The notes beneath the pieces were generated by a model. That model was not told the origin of the DNA. It did not search any database and worked only from the letters and a program-made list of their open reading frames with translations. Of a stretch of DNA of 64,000 nt, positions 26,530 through 39,734 are shown in pieces. Source of the stretch: Malacoraja senta (Eukaryota); NCBI GenBank assembly GCA_038087875.1, contig CM075993.1, positions 9,178,001 to 9,242,000 on the forward strand, read 5' to 3'. The position numbers were made by a program, and so were the translations under genes. How positions within the stretch are numbered: position 1 is the stretch's first letter; each line of letters begins with the position of its first letter.

Positions 26530-27410
26530 CCTTGAGCTTCCAGTTGCCTGTAGCCTCAGCACTTCCGTTCAGTCTGACCCATCTGTCTGTGGCCTCCTAA
26601 GGTTATAGTGAAGCCCAATGCGAGCACCTCATCTTCCGCCTCAGTATTGAGTCTGGAAGGCTGCAACATGCTGCGTTCAACAGTTTTCACTTTTCCTATT
26701 TGATTAAAGGCCCTATGACCCACCAGGTCCAAGCCGACCATCGATCACCTGCTCATACTAATTCGTTGTTCCATTTTCTCACCAACTCTACACACAATTT
26801 ACAGAGGCCAAGTAACCTCCAAACCTGGGGATGTGGGAGGAATCCGGAGCACCTGGAGGATGCCCACGCAGTCACAGGGAGAACGTGCAAACTCAACACA
26901 GACAGCTCCCGAAGTCCAAATCAAATCTGAGTCTCTGGCGCTGTGGGTCAGCGGCTCCAAGTGTGCCTTGGCACTGAACTCTGATCGGTAATTCTGTAAT
27001 ATAATTGCGTAGGCCAAAGCAGACTATGCGTAGGTGGTCGACGAAACGATCGCCCAGATTGCGCTTGGTCTCGCCGAGGGGTCCACACCGAGAGCAACGG
27101 ATGAGGTTGGAGGAGGTGCAAGAGAACCTTTGTCTCACCTGAAAGGATTGTCAGGGTTCCTGGATGGAGTCGAGGGAGCCTCCTCTCAGGACCGGTGTTG
27201 CATATCCTGTGGTGCAGGGGAAATGAAAGTACCTGGGGTGGGGGTGGTTTGGGTGGGAAGGAATGAGTTGCGGAGTGAACGGTTTCTATGGAAAGCGGTA
27301 AGGGGTGAAGATGGGAAGATGTGACTAGTGGTGGGATTCCATTGGAGGTGGTGAAAATGCCGGAGGATTATGTGTTGTATGCGACGGCTGATGGAGTGAA
27401 AGGTTTCCAT
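26530..27410 (-). mobile_element. Penelope-like element remnant (GIY-YIG region) with a SINE nested at about 26700-26970
   Basis: Minus-strand RQRFSCTSSNL..CSRCG..GETKRNLGDRFVDHLR and PLTAFHRNRSLRNS, typical of the Penelope C-terminus. Confidence 0.75.
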
Positions 27411-29117
27411 TTGTCACGTGTTGATGAAATGCCTTCCCGTGGGGCTGGTGCTGAGTGGCCTGTCACACAGAGGTGGGGTTGGTACAGGGTTGTCTGAGCT
27501 CCGGGATGAATTGGTGCTGTTTACTGAGTGGTGGGGGAGGGAGGTGCTTTGGACTACGTGAAACAGCTCAAGGCCTGCAGTTTACATTTACTGATTGTCT
27601 ATTCCCATCCCTACCACCTCTATAACCTCTCATGCTTTTCCAATCATCCTTGAGCCTGGATCCATTCCAATATTTGAACCCACCCATTGTCCCTCAATCC
27701 TGGGCTCTGATTCTTTCTACATCCTCCCCACCTCCGACCTGTTCTCAAAGCACACTTTCAGCAATTTTGCCTGAAATGCCAAGATGATCTTTCAATTTTA
27801 ATTGTTAAGTCTGTTTCTCGTTTCACATATGGTACCTGGTCCACTGTGTGTTTTCAGCAATCTCTGTTTCTATTTAATATCTTTGGAAATCACCACAACA
27901 CTCCCATTTTTCCTACACTATGGAAATCAGAATTCCCAGTGGCTCTCCATCTGTGGTCCAAGATGCACAACCTCACTGCTCTTACGTTCAGGTAGCTCCT
28001 AACCTATTTCCTCACCTTCAACCACGCATTAATCATGGTCTCTGCATTTGCTGTGGTTCCAGGTGATGGCCACCATATTCACATGGCACTCAGGAATGGG
28101 CAATAAATATTGGCCTTTGCTAGTGATGCCAAGCAAAAGGCATGTGGCAGAAGAATAGAGCTTATTAAAATACCCCAGGCACTCTCTCTCCTGGGTCTGA
28201 GCTGTTTTAGTGACTATGGGGTTGGTCAGGCTGCTAACAAACTGCCTGGACCTCTGAACTGAGCCACCTTGAATGAAATAATAAATCTTTATTTGCACAT
28301 GTGACAAGTTACAGTGGAATTATTTGCTTGTTTTCTTTGCAAATAATCACCCATAAAGGGTACTTACAAAGTTACAAAATATCACGCCAGGTCCCCCTTC
28401 ACCAGCTCCTTCTGGTTTTTAATGCAATGTTTAAGACAGGTACATGGATAGGACAGATGTAGAGGGATATGGGCCAAATGCAGGTAAGTGGGACTAATGT
28501 AGATGGGACACATTGGTCGGTGTGGGCAAGTTAGGCCGAAGGGCCTGTTTCCACATTATGACTGACTTTATACCCTTGCCAGTGGACCAAGCAGTAATGG
28601 GTCACGGCATACAATACATTAACAGGCCCTTCCGACCCGAGTCTGTGCCAACCATCCACCGCCCACCCACCTGTCCCATTTCATCGTTCACTTATTCCCA
28701 TTAATTTCCAGGCATTGAATGGATGGCTCGAAGGGCCGGATGGCCTACTCCTGCACCTATTGTCTATGAATATACCTAGGAATGGAAAACAGCTGGAAAT
28801 GGAGCTGGAACTGTCTAAAGGCCTCCTGTAATCTATTGGTTTCTACGTATGTGGTAAACATGTCTGTCTGCAGGCCACATCCACCTGACGACACACTCAC
28901 TTGTCATGTTCTCCAGCTGCTCACACGGATAAAGAAAATAAATGAGATATTGTCACTGCACGACGGAAGTGAGAATCCGCTGCAGCCTAAAGATGGAGAC
29001 ACTGTTGGCTAAAATAAATGCAACGGGAACGCCGCACTGTCACTGTCGCCCAGGCTGATGGCAAACACTAGCAGCAATGTGCGAAAAGTGTAGCGACCGG
29101 CTGCTGCTCCGGGGTAC

Positions 29118-29226
29118 CTGAGTCGGAGCTAGTCCGCACCGCTGCCGAACTGCAGAACGCCCTTGCAAGAGCACGGATCCCGGCGGCCGAGCCGGCGCGG
29201 CGGAGAACCGGTGCAGCCGGAACCAT
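29118..29226 (-). CDS. DUT: DUT alternative exon 1a, mitochondrial targeting presequence (MVPAAPVLRRAGSAAGIRALARAFCSSAAVRTSSDS)
   Basis: ATG at 29226 in a CpG-rich patch. Peptide is Arg/Ala/Ser-rich with only one acidic residue. Donor CAG|GTACCC is phase 1 and joins the acceptor tctctcccgcag|CC ATG at 24986 in frame (G+CC=Ala). Confidence 0.85.
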
Positions 29227-29471
29227 GGGCGGCCTCTGCAATCAGAGTCGCTTCGAGCCGCCGCAGCTGCGAGTCAGATGAGGCGCCGGGGGCGGAGTAG
29301 GAAGCCGGCTGGGTCCTCCCTGCACTCGCGTGTGGGACAGCGGCGACCTGCCCGGGTGCATTCATGGGCCAAAGTCCCGGCAACGAAGCATCTATTCACC
29401 AAACACATTTAACATCGGGGAAACCCAATCTCAGGGAAATGTGAACGATGCGCCACTTCAATAGTCAAGAG

Positions 29472-30571
29472 CAAAGATCCTATAGCGAGCAAGATAGTCC
29501 ACTCCTGCTATATGCAATGGGCTGACGTGCGGAACGTGGGCCATTTTTACGTCCATTTCAGTAACCCGACCCGACTTTGTATATCCCTCTCGCAGTGTAA
29601 TCAGCGTTGCGGAGGAACAGTTTGTGTGTGAGATATAGGGTTAGATTCATAATTCTGTTCATTCATAATTCTGTTAAATTTTGGTAAAGATTAATATGTT
29701 AAATTATGATTCTGTTATTTGTCTTTTTTAATGGTTTTTTTTAAACGTTTCTTTTTAAATGGCTCATGTGCTGTGTTTGAGTTGATTTTTGTATTACACT
29801 TACTTGCACTCTGTAATTCATCTAATCACACTGTTCATAACTGCGCTATTTGGAAAAATAATAGCAATATGAAGATTCCAGTTGCTCTACTCTTGGAATG
29901 TTCCTTAATGATTTCTTGTGTCTATGGAATTGTTTTTCAACAATAACATGGGTCTGGTCTTCCCAATAGCCAGAGTGGAATGAGATCTGTCTGTAATTGT
30001 GGGGTTATCTAAATGAAGTATTTAACAATACAAAATTTGTTTTGAGCTAGATTAAAAAACGATGTATAACTTAAGGATGGTTTTATTCAGCGACCATACA
30101 ACTGATTAGATTGTGTAGGAAAGAACACACATATATGAATATGATATAGATGTATACAAATCATATAACACACATATATATTTCTCCAGATTTTTATATA
30201 TAATGATAAACTTTATTTCGGACTCAAGGCCCAGACAAAGGACAACGTTACATAAAAATACATTGCAAACCTCCCGCAACTTTACCCTGGCGTCCCAGCC
30301 GTGCTGATCCGAGCCAGACTTCGCACACGCTGTGGAAGGAACATAGGCATCTTTTTGCTTTTTATTGCGGCAGAGAGGCAGAAAGAAAATGAGAAGATTT
30401 TTTACCAAAGATGTTTGATTTTTACGAGGATGTTTCCGTAACCGGCTTCTGTCTCCGCACTAGTATCTTTGCTCCGTTATGGCGGAGACGGAAGCCGGTT
30501 ACGGAATCTGCCCATGACTGTACTACGTCTTTTTCGTCGAATGGACTATCGTGCTCACTATAGGACCTTTG
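29472..30571. mobile_element. Non-autonomous TIR element (MITE), P-superfamily-like
   Basis: About 32-bp TIRs beginning CAAAGA/GTCCTATAG; exact 8-bp TSD GTCAAGAG at 29464-29471 and 30572-30579; no coding capacity. Confidence 0.85.
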
Positions 30572-30649
30572 GTCAAGAGCGTTTAATTGTCATATGAGCC
30601 AAAACGGAACGATGAAATTGTAACTTGCAGCAGCATAATGGTTCTGTAA

Positions 30650-31878
30650 ATCTTCTGGAATTTGTTGATATAACATGTAGAATGGATAAGGTAGAGCCAG
30701 TGGATGTGGTGCATCTGGACTTTCAAAAAAGCCTTTGACAAGGTCCCACACAAGAGATTAGTGTGCAACATTAGAGCACATAGTATTAGGGGTAGGGTAT
30801 TGACATGGATAGAGAACTGGTTGGCTGACAGAAAGCAGAGTAGGAATTAACGGGTCCTTTTCAGAATGGCAGGCAGTGACAAGTGGGGTGCCGCAAGGCT
30901 CGGTACTGGGACCCCAGATATTTACAATATAACGATTTAGACAAGGGAATTAAATGTCACATCTTTACGTTTGTGGATGACACAAAGCTGGGTGGCAGTG
31001 TGAGCTGCGATGAGGATGTTATGAAGCTGCAGGGTGACTTCGATAGGTTGGGTGAGTGGGCAGATGCATGGCAGATGCAGTATAATGTGGATAAATGTGA
31101 GGTTATCCACATTGGTGGCAAGAACAGGTAGGCAGATTATTATTTGAATGGTGTCAGATTAGGAAAAGGGGAGGTGCAATGAGACCTGGGTGTGCTTGTA
31201 CATCAGTCACTGAAAGTAAGCATGCAGTGAAATAAAGCTAATGGCATGTTGGCCTTCATTGCGAGAGGATTTGAGTTTAGGAGTAAGGAGGACCTATTGC
31301 AGTTGTACAGGTCTCTGGTGAGACCGCACCTTGAGTATTGTATGCAATTTTGGTCTCCTAATTTGAGGAAGGATATTATTGCTATTGAGGGAGTGCAGCG
31401 TAGGTTCACCAGGTTAATTCGCGGGATGGTGGGACTGACTGAAGAATGGGTCGACTGGGCTTGCATTCACTGGAATTTAGAAGGATGAGAGGGAATCTTA
31501 TAGAAACATATAAAATGTTTAAAGGATTGGACAGGCTAGATGCAGGAAAAATGTTCCCAATGTTGGGGGAGTCCAGAACCAGGGGTCACAGTTTAAGAAT
31601 AAGTGGTAGGTCATTTAGGACTGAGATGAGGAAAAACTTTTCACCCAGAGAGTTGTGAATCTGTGGAATTCTCTGCCACAGAAGGCAGTGGAGGCCAAGT
31701 CACTGGATAGTTTCACAAGAGTGTTAGATTTAGCTCTTTGGGTTAACGGAATCAAGGGATATGGGGAAAAAGTAGGAATGGGTTACTGATTTTAGATGAT
31801 CAATCATGATCAAATTGAATGGCGGTGCTGGCTCAAAGGGCCAAATGGTCTACTCCTGCACCTATTTTTTTATGTACC
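30650..31878 (+). mobile_element. Degenerate 5'-truncated CR1
   Basis: Frameshifted RT C-terminal region and a 3' UTR similar to the 54-57 kb copy. Confidence 0.92.
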
Positions 31879-32307
31879 AGAATGTTCATTTCAATTTGTG
31901 TTGTCTCCAAAGCCTCAAAACCTCAGCATTTCAGCGTTAAAAATGCAATAATAGAGCGGCAATACAAAGTGTGCATTATCTGTATATTCCAATATTCTTC
32001 TTCTATAGTAACTTTTTAAACTTAAATAGAAAATGGAATTGAAATTTCATGTCTTCTAGAAAGACGTAAAACCCATATTTTTGTAATGGGTGAAATGTTA
32101 CCCAAGTTTGGATGCTAAAATATCAATTTAATGTCAATTTTTGTCATTTAAAACCTTTTTTGAATCCCGTCATTTTAAAAAAGGACACCATATAATGAAT
32201 TCAAACAAGAAATAAATTAGAGCAGCATTTTGTGAAAATAGTAGAAAATGCATTTTATATTCTACTATTTTGAATAAGGAAAAGGATAACATTAAATTCT
32301 AGTGCAA

Positions 32308-32313
32308 TTTATT
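32308..32313 (-). terminator. Candidate SLC12A1 polyadenylation signal AATAAA
   Basis: Minus-strand AATAAA about 820 nt after the stop, within an AT-rich UTR-like stretch. Confidence 0.45.
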
Positions 32314-33130
32314 TCAACAATTATTTGACACAAGGTTACAACAAAGTTCCCATTGTTTTACAGATTACATAGTTATTTAAATTGAACTCATGGAACAATA
32401 CATCTGAATGTCAACAAAATATTTGTATCGCATTGCAAGAAATCCCTCCAAAATATAACTGGCAACATGATAAAAGGTGTTTTGATTTTCATGAAATTTA
32501 ACATATTTTTCTCATTTTACCATTTCCCAATTTTCTGTCCACTTTGGTCAGAAACATTTCCATTTTGTTTAATATGACAAGTTCTCATCTTCCTTTTAGC
32601 TTATGCTGTTTCTGGAAGTCATCTTGTCAGACAACTCAACTCAGCAGACTTTTCTTATGTTTAAGCTCACTGTTGAATAATGCACTGAACATAATCATAA
32701 TCGTCAAAATGCTTGATAAAGTCTTGTTTTAATCTGAGATAAAGGAATATGGGGCCTTAACAATGGACTACAAACTCTGAAGATCTTAGCTGATGAATAA
32801 TTTTGGAACTACATAATTGCTACGATGACTATATCTCTTTGGTACAATGACTGTACAAGTTGGAATAATCTTTTATCATTGCAAAATTAAAACAAAAACA
32901 TTAAAATTGCACTTAAAAATTAACCTTATAATTACGTTTGGCGACCAAACATGAAAACCCAATTTCAGAAGAGGAATAACCATCGACATTATTTGTGAAA
33001 GGTATCAAAGAATTATAGAAACTAGAATTAAGCTTGTTTGCTACTTAAATCAAGAGATGCCCTTTAAACAATTCAAATATACTGGATGATAAATGCGGCA
33101 TTTGCTGCAGCCATGACATTCAATTTTCTG

Positions 33131-33266
33131 TTAGGAGTAAAAGGTCAGCACATTCTTTTGATTTCCTCTAATCATAATGACAGGAGGCAGATTTCTAGAA
33201 AGAATCTCCAACCAAGCCAAATACAGGTAGCTTGATACAGCTTCTTTTCTTGCAATTGGCAAACTC
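33131..33266 (-). CDS. SLC12A1: SLC12A1 last coding exon ([44 protein letters not shown])
   Basis: C-terminal NVLTFYS-stop. The [16 protein letters not shown] sequence and adjacency to DUT favour NKCC2 over NKCC1 or NCC. Confidence 0.95.
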
Positions 33267-33563
33267 CTAGAGTGTGAAAGAAAACCAAAAGTTAACATCT
33301 TAAGAAAAATAAATCTGAATATTTATTAGCATTAGGATTTATAAGCACATTCACATACGTTGATTGAACTAAAAAAAATCTTAAGATTGAGCCTATATTT
33401 TCACTATTTTGTTCTCAAATCTACACTTCAGGTAAATGTGTAATGACAGCCACTTTCTCCACTAAAAATACAGATAAATGTATTCTTGGATCTGTTATGT
33501 TACATTATCTATAGAGTCAGTCCCACTGCTTTATTGTGAATAGTATTCATGGAGTTTACGTAC

Positions 33564-33631
33564 ACAACAATGATATTGGCAGCTCGCGAGTTCTCCTGTA
33601 GAAGTTCGTTGAGTCTGACTTGCCGGTATGT
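33564..33631 (-). CDS. SLC12A1: SLC12A1 penultimate exon (TYRQVRLNELLQENSRAANIIV)
   Basis: 68-nt exon; RQVRLNELL motif. Confidence 0.97.
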
Positions 33632-33773
33632 CTAATTTAAACAAAGTCACAGAGTACATTACTATTTATGAGAACAAAATAATTCATGAATGAATGACAT
33701 ACATTCATGTAATAAATTACATTACATACATGTAATAAATATGAACACAATAGTTTACAGCATGTTTGTCTAC

Positions 33774-33909
33774 CTTGTCTTTAAATCTCTCTAACTCAGC
33801 ATCAGTAATTTTCCATGGATACTCCTTCTGCAATAACTCAGCGGTTACAGGATCCTTGGAGCTTTCATGCAGTTGATATGGTTCAATCAAATCTTCAAAT
33901 GCTTTCCAG
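33774..33909 (-). CDS. SLC12A1: SLC12A1 exon ([45 protein letters not shown])
   Basis: 136-nt exon; IEPY..HE and PWKITDAEL are typical of NKCC2. Confidence 0.97.
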
Positions 33910-36316
33910 CTGAAATTAGTTACAATGACCAAATCAAAGCACAATTAGTAGATCTTTAATAATAATTATTTAGAAACTAATGTATTATACACTTGATGTC
34001 GTACCAAAGTCTCACAATTTACTAAGTGCATCATTTTGCACTTTCACTGCAGATGTTCTGGATCTCCTATCTTCTTGATCCTGCTCTTTACACCAGTACT
34101 CCTGTGGTCTCCCTCCACAAGATGTGTTGTGCCTTTGATCAAGAGTGGGAGCGGCCAGATTTCTTAAAAGCCCCATGTGTGACTGGTAACACCAGTATAG
34201 TCGAGGTCCAGAGATTGTGGATTAAGAACACTACGGCTTAGTACAACTTCATCCTGCATCAAGTTGTGTCACTAAATGTAGCAATCAATGATGTTGCATT
34301 TCATTTAATCTCACTGAATGAACTGCTCCTCACTAAGCCAATGTTGGAGCTTAAATTATCTTAAATAATGCTGTGGATTTGTCGGTCAGCCTGAGTAGTG
34401 GCCAGATTACTCCTGTGTGGTCCTCATTACCCGTTCATTGGGTCATATTTCCGAAGGGATCAACAGCTTCAAATTAATGCCAAGCAGTTCATTTGTGCAC
34501 TTCTGCAACTTCGTACCGTCATTGTTGATTCAAGGAAACTGGTGTACAATGCTGAAGGGTATCAGTAAATCCAGACTGTGTTTGCAGGAGTAAATATTTG
34601 CTGAAAGAACATCACCCTACTTCTCCCTCCACTGAAGCTGCCTGACTTGCTGAATAGTTCCAACATTTATGTATTATTCCATCAATGAATGAGATCAACT
34701 TGCCTGAGAAGCTCCTGTGGCCATGTTAGTTATTTTAATTTTCTAAGTAACACTTCACAATAATTGTCAGTCATGACTGCTCTGAAACACCTTAGTTTGG
34801 GGGAGCAGCAAGCTTGATTTTCTGGGTCTACTGCCTCATATCGGGGACATCTGTGGGATTGGGTCCAATGAACCATCAAAAATAAATATTAATAGGAGAT
34901 TAGCTATGATGATCAGCCTAATAGGTAAACCATTAGGACAAGTGGAGAAGGCATTAATTGATCAAATATCTGAAATTTAGCCTGCATTTGTGAAGTGCAA
35001 ATATTATTCAATAAACTTAGTTTCATGAAGAGCAGTGTGGTTGGAATAGTGAAGATGGATTTTCAAAACGTTTAACAAAATGGACCAAATGGCACCCTTA
35101 AATCTCTGGTGTGCAGATACAAAAATGTCCAAGGAACACGATAAAGGAGCAATAAACATTGCCTCATAATCAAGACAATTAGGCGATTGACATCACTCAA
35201 GTTGCTGCTGAAATCACTGCTCCTTTTTGATGTGCCAACCATTTGGATGTCAGAGGAAATATTGTAATTCTAGATTTGCTAATCACATGAAATTCAGAAA
35301 TACCCATGAAAATTCATCCTCCAGGTGTATGTCCAATACATTAGTTGAAAGTTCTTATTGGATCTGGTTTTGCCACCTTTTCAGACAAAACATTCCAGAT
35401 GTTAATAATACTTAGAACATTTTTTCTCATGTCCATCCTTCTTGTTTGTTTGATTTGTCTATTATCTATAGATACTGATCCTAGGAAACAATTGTTCTCT
35501 ATTATAATTTTTCAGACACAATATTGAGTATTTTATGGACTAGATATTGCTGACTCTTGGGAGTAGCATGATTAGACCTGCTGGTGTTCAGCCATTGAAA
35601 CTTGAGCAAGTCCTAGACCACCATGTACTTAGGAAAGTGGAAGTGGAATGTTTAAGCAATAGTTTTAGAATATTTCTGAATATATAATATTCAGAAGCAA
35701 TCAGCCCTGGATTGTTTGTTGACAGAGGTCTCAGATTTTTTTCTCAGTTGTTTCACGAGCTGATGCCCCGTGTTGAGCAGAGCCTTGATATTTAGGATGA
35801 AGATGGCATTGGGCAGAAAGCTGATAAATCTGTTCACTGTTATCATGTAGATTATTGGGAAGTCATTGGCTTACTGCTGGCAGGAAGTTCTAGTCCATTG
35901 AATTAGGACCAAAATGTTGGCTAAAGAGGTAGAATTTTAAAAGTGCCACAAGGGTGTAAGAAAACAAAGAGATTTACAGGCACAGTCCTAATGCAGTGAT
36001 TAAATTTGGGAATAATAAAAATATCAGAATACATGCATAAACACATGAGGGTTGCCAAAGTGATTGTAGAGTTAGAGTGGTTAGCCATCATGGAAGTTTG
36101 AAAATGTAAGTGCTGTTTAACTGGGAATTCCGGGAGGAGAGGGGTGGGGCGAGTCCTGAATGGACATGAAGCAGCCAGCGCAACTTAAAATAGCAGGAGT
36201 GCAGTTTATGAAGGTAGAAGGAGGGATGTCCAGCCAGTAGTGTGCAGGAATGATTTAATCTGTCAACAAGGTAAAGATCTACTTTAATTAGAGGACCCCG
36301 GAGCAACCATTCATAC

Positions 36317-36403
36317 CTCTCCTTGCTTGGTTTCACGTTAATATCTCCAATGACCTTGATGTCAGCACACTGAATCCTAAATTTTCCCAGAAGTGCAGCC
36401 ATT
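36317..36403 (-). CDS. SLC12A1: SLC12A1 exon (MAALLGKFRIQCADIKVIGDINVKPSKE)
   Basis: 87-nt exon; MAxLLxKFRI motif; AG/GT sites. Confidence 0.97.
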
Positions 36404-39400
36404 CTGTAAAAAAGTCAGAGGAATGAAATGTGAAAAGAGCATTTAAAAGGAAAATTACACCAGGCTCTGTAAATCTGAATTAGAAACAAAGCATTGCAAA
36501 AACCTAGCAAAGTAAAGTGCAGTGGTAAGGAGCATAGGTGGATGCTGCACAACCTGATGTGAATGCTACTGATCTTAAACAATGTAATATTTATCTTGCT
36601 GTTCAATTCAATCATTCAAATGCTGGGGTTGGTCCTTTTTTTGATCACTACTACCATCCTGTTAAGAGATTTTTATTGAATCTACACTTTCTATAATTTG
36701 GGCTCAGAACAGCAGTTATTTGCCATTATATTCTTTTTTTTTAAATGCTATAGCCTTGGAATTGCAGTGCATGGTTAAGTGCATCATAAGGATGTTGACT
36801 GGTGTGCAAATGAGCTTTTAGTTTTAAATCTGCACACAAAAACTGTAGAGACTCGACTTGTGAAGACAAGGAAAATATGGTTTCAGAGACGACGGCTGGA
36901 TGAGAGACTTGGTGTGGTACAGGGGAGGATTTTGTAGTGCTTAGAGCCTCAGGGTTTTGTAAAATTGTACTTGGCTCCAGAAACAAACAATGCTATGCAA
37001 GATCAAATCTGTAGGCATATCATTTTGCATTCATTAGCATTTCATAGCACAAAAATATTCTTGTGGTACTTTGTATCTTGTGAAACCCAAACAATTCTTC
37101 CACATCATATGAAGTATAATTAATACTTTTGCTTAGCCAGGTTCTAATCTTCCACATTGCAACCAATTCTGCCATCTTACTAAAATCTCCTTTTGGCACA
37201 CTTTGGTCCTCAGTATGTGTATATTCAGCCTAGAAACTTTAAGATATCTCGAAGAACACATTAATTCAGCGGTGGGTGCAAACTCTCAAATGTTTTGTTT
37301 GAAGGCCACCATGTCAAAGTTCTATGTTAATGTTCACTGATTTTGTGCTTAGATTAGGCTTTGCACATTTTCTGCTTTGAACGGTATTGCAGATTGCAGA
37401 AAATAAGTCAATAAATCTCAAATCTAGGCCAGGGAGAACCCTTCTGTCATCATTTAATTTTGGTTACCCTAGACCGATTCCCAGTGGTCAGCTCTGCATT
37501 TTAAACAGTTTCCCTTTCAATATTGACTAAACTGACCTCACAAAAACTCAAGAGGTCTGCTGTTGCATACCACCAATGGGCCACGAGTGCCATGGACTAG
37601 TATCAAGTATGTCACTGTGCATGTTAAGATATTTATTTGCATTTACAGTTCTGATGCATGAAGGTCCATGAATATAAGGTGAGGAGTGTGTGGACGTCAA
37701 TGTTAATTCATTTTCCCCCTATTTTAATGATTTTTACGTTATTGATATTGTAATACAGATGTTGTAATAATAGGTGATACATTTTCTAAGTCTATATATA
37801 TTTAAGCATTATTTTCAAACACAGTGTATTCAAATTATGTACACAGGAATGAAACATATTAGAATTATTACTATTACTATTACATATTACTATTAGAATT
37901 ACCAGTGTCCACTGTATTTAAGAAACTTTTCTCGACTTTTATTTCTCTTCTTCTAACCAATTTTATAATCTTACTTGGTGTCTTCTTCATTCTGTACTGA
38001 GCATCAACACAGCCATGAAATATAATTACTCCAGTCTTCTGATATTTCCTTCCAAATCCTTCCTCCATGTAACCATACTTGAAAATTCCCCATGGCCAAA
38101 CCTTTATTTATTTAAATTGTCCAAACAGTGAATCAAGTGTCTGAAAGCAGTGTGGTTATTGGAGTTCATAAAAACTAATATTTTTGCATAGCCATTGGTT
38201 GGGGTCTGGAAGTCCAATAGGGGTAGAAGCGGTGGCATATTCATTTTTTGCATTCAAAAGGGAGCTGATTAATATCTAGAAAGAACAAAATTGCAGATAG
38301 AAGGCAGGAGAGGAGGAATAGCTGGATTGCTCTTGTATAGAGATAGCAGACTCAAAGGACTGAATGTCCCAATGTTACAATCATTGAGATTCTGAACTGC
38401 TGGCATGACAGAAAACCATTACTTAAAAATAGCTGAGGAGTACAGCAAAGGTCACAAACTACTTACACACCACTGTGAAAAGGTTATTGAAACCATTCAC
38501 TGCACATTTTAAATAAAATTATTAGTGGGGAGATTTCAAAGAAATTGTGTAATGGTATCAACTTGCAGAGATACGAATGTTATCCATAGACATTAATGTG
38601 AAATTTGCAATTTTTTAACTTGTATATGGCTGCTTATTAATGGAAAATTAAACAATGAAACTTTTACTAGACTTGCTTGTGCTGAAAATAGTTTGGTTAT
38701 TTAATGATTTAATATGCCTTGACCCCTCATCCACATAAAAACCAATGCGCTATCCACACATTTTTTTTTCTCCAGCTCTATTTCATACAGGCAAATTCTA
38801 AGCATGCAACAGCACTTCAATCCATTTCAATCAGTAGCAAACTGCCTCTTCCACCCCATTCCCCCACATCCCACTCTCAATAAGCAACATCCCAGTTCTT
38901 AAACATATCAGTTTCAAATATTGACCATTGATGTCCACAACTATTTCTAACTTCCAGGCAACTTGAGTGCCAACCATTTCCTAATCTTTCATTTATCCTG
39001 ATCCCAAGGACCAAAGGGAGCGAAAAGGAGTTTCTGGTAAGATGGCAAAATCGATTGTAAAGTGGAAGATGGGATTTGGCTGAAAAAATAAGTATGAGTT
39101 ATACTATATATGACATGGAAGAAGTGTTTGGGTTTCAATCACGATGCAGCTTCCCTCTCTCTGACTTTTTACAAATTCATCTAGTGTTTCTTAATTAAGA
39201 GTTTCCACTCCTAATTACCTTTCATCACAAAAGTTCAATGTTTTAACCCCTCTTTACCACTCTGCCATTTCGGAGAAGACATTTTACAGTGTAGTAAGCA
39301 GCATTCCAGCAATAAAACTGCTTTTCAGAAACACAAGGAACTGTAGATGCTGAAATCTTGAATAAAACAAAGTGCTGGAGCAACTCAGTGGATCAGGCAC

Positions 39401-39454
39401 CATCTTTGCAGGACATGGATAAGCAATATTTCAGTTGGGACCCTGAAGACTCTT

Positions 39455-39716
39455 CGTAGAGGTCCACGCGTTGTGTACACACTGTTTCTTTATTAATTGA
39501 TACAGCCCCGGCACTCGCACGCATTCAGTTAATATTTAACTAAAAACCTTGCCGTCGCTCGTGAGCAGCAGTTAAGCTCCAACTACTTAGTTCTCTAATA
39601 TCACAACGGCCCGCCCCCTGATTGGTCGGCCCAGATCACGCCAATTCACGAGAGAGTTCGAGCTCGACAATCGAAGGTTCGAGTGACAAGTGGCTCTGCC
39701 ACAAGATGGCGCCACA
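39455..39716 (-). mobile_element. Solo LTR (Gypsy-like)
   Basis: Minus strand begins TGTGG and ends CTACG (CA expected); 4-bp TSD TCTT at 39451-39454 and 39717-39720; internal CCAAT, GC box and AATAAA on the minus strand. Confidence 0.65.
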
Positions 39717-39734
39717 TCTTATCTGTTTAGACCA

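Noticed and set aside
29129..29383. 84-aa minus-strand ORF in the supplied track
   Set aside because: Different frame from the one that splices in phase to DUT; best explained as a by-product of GC richness.
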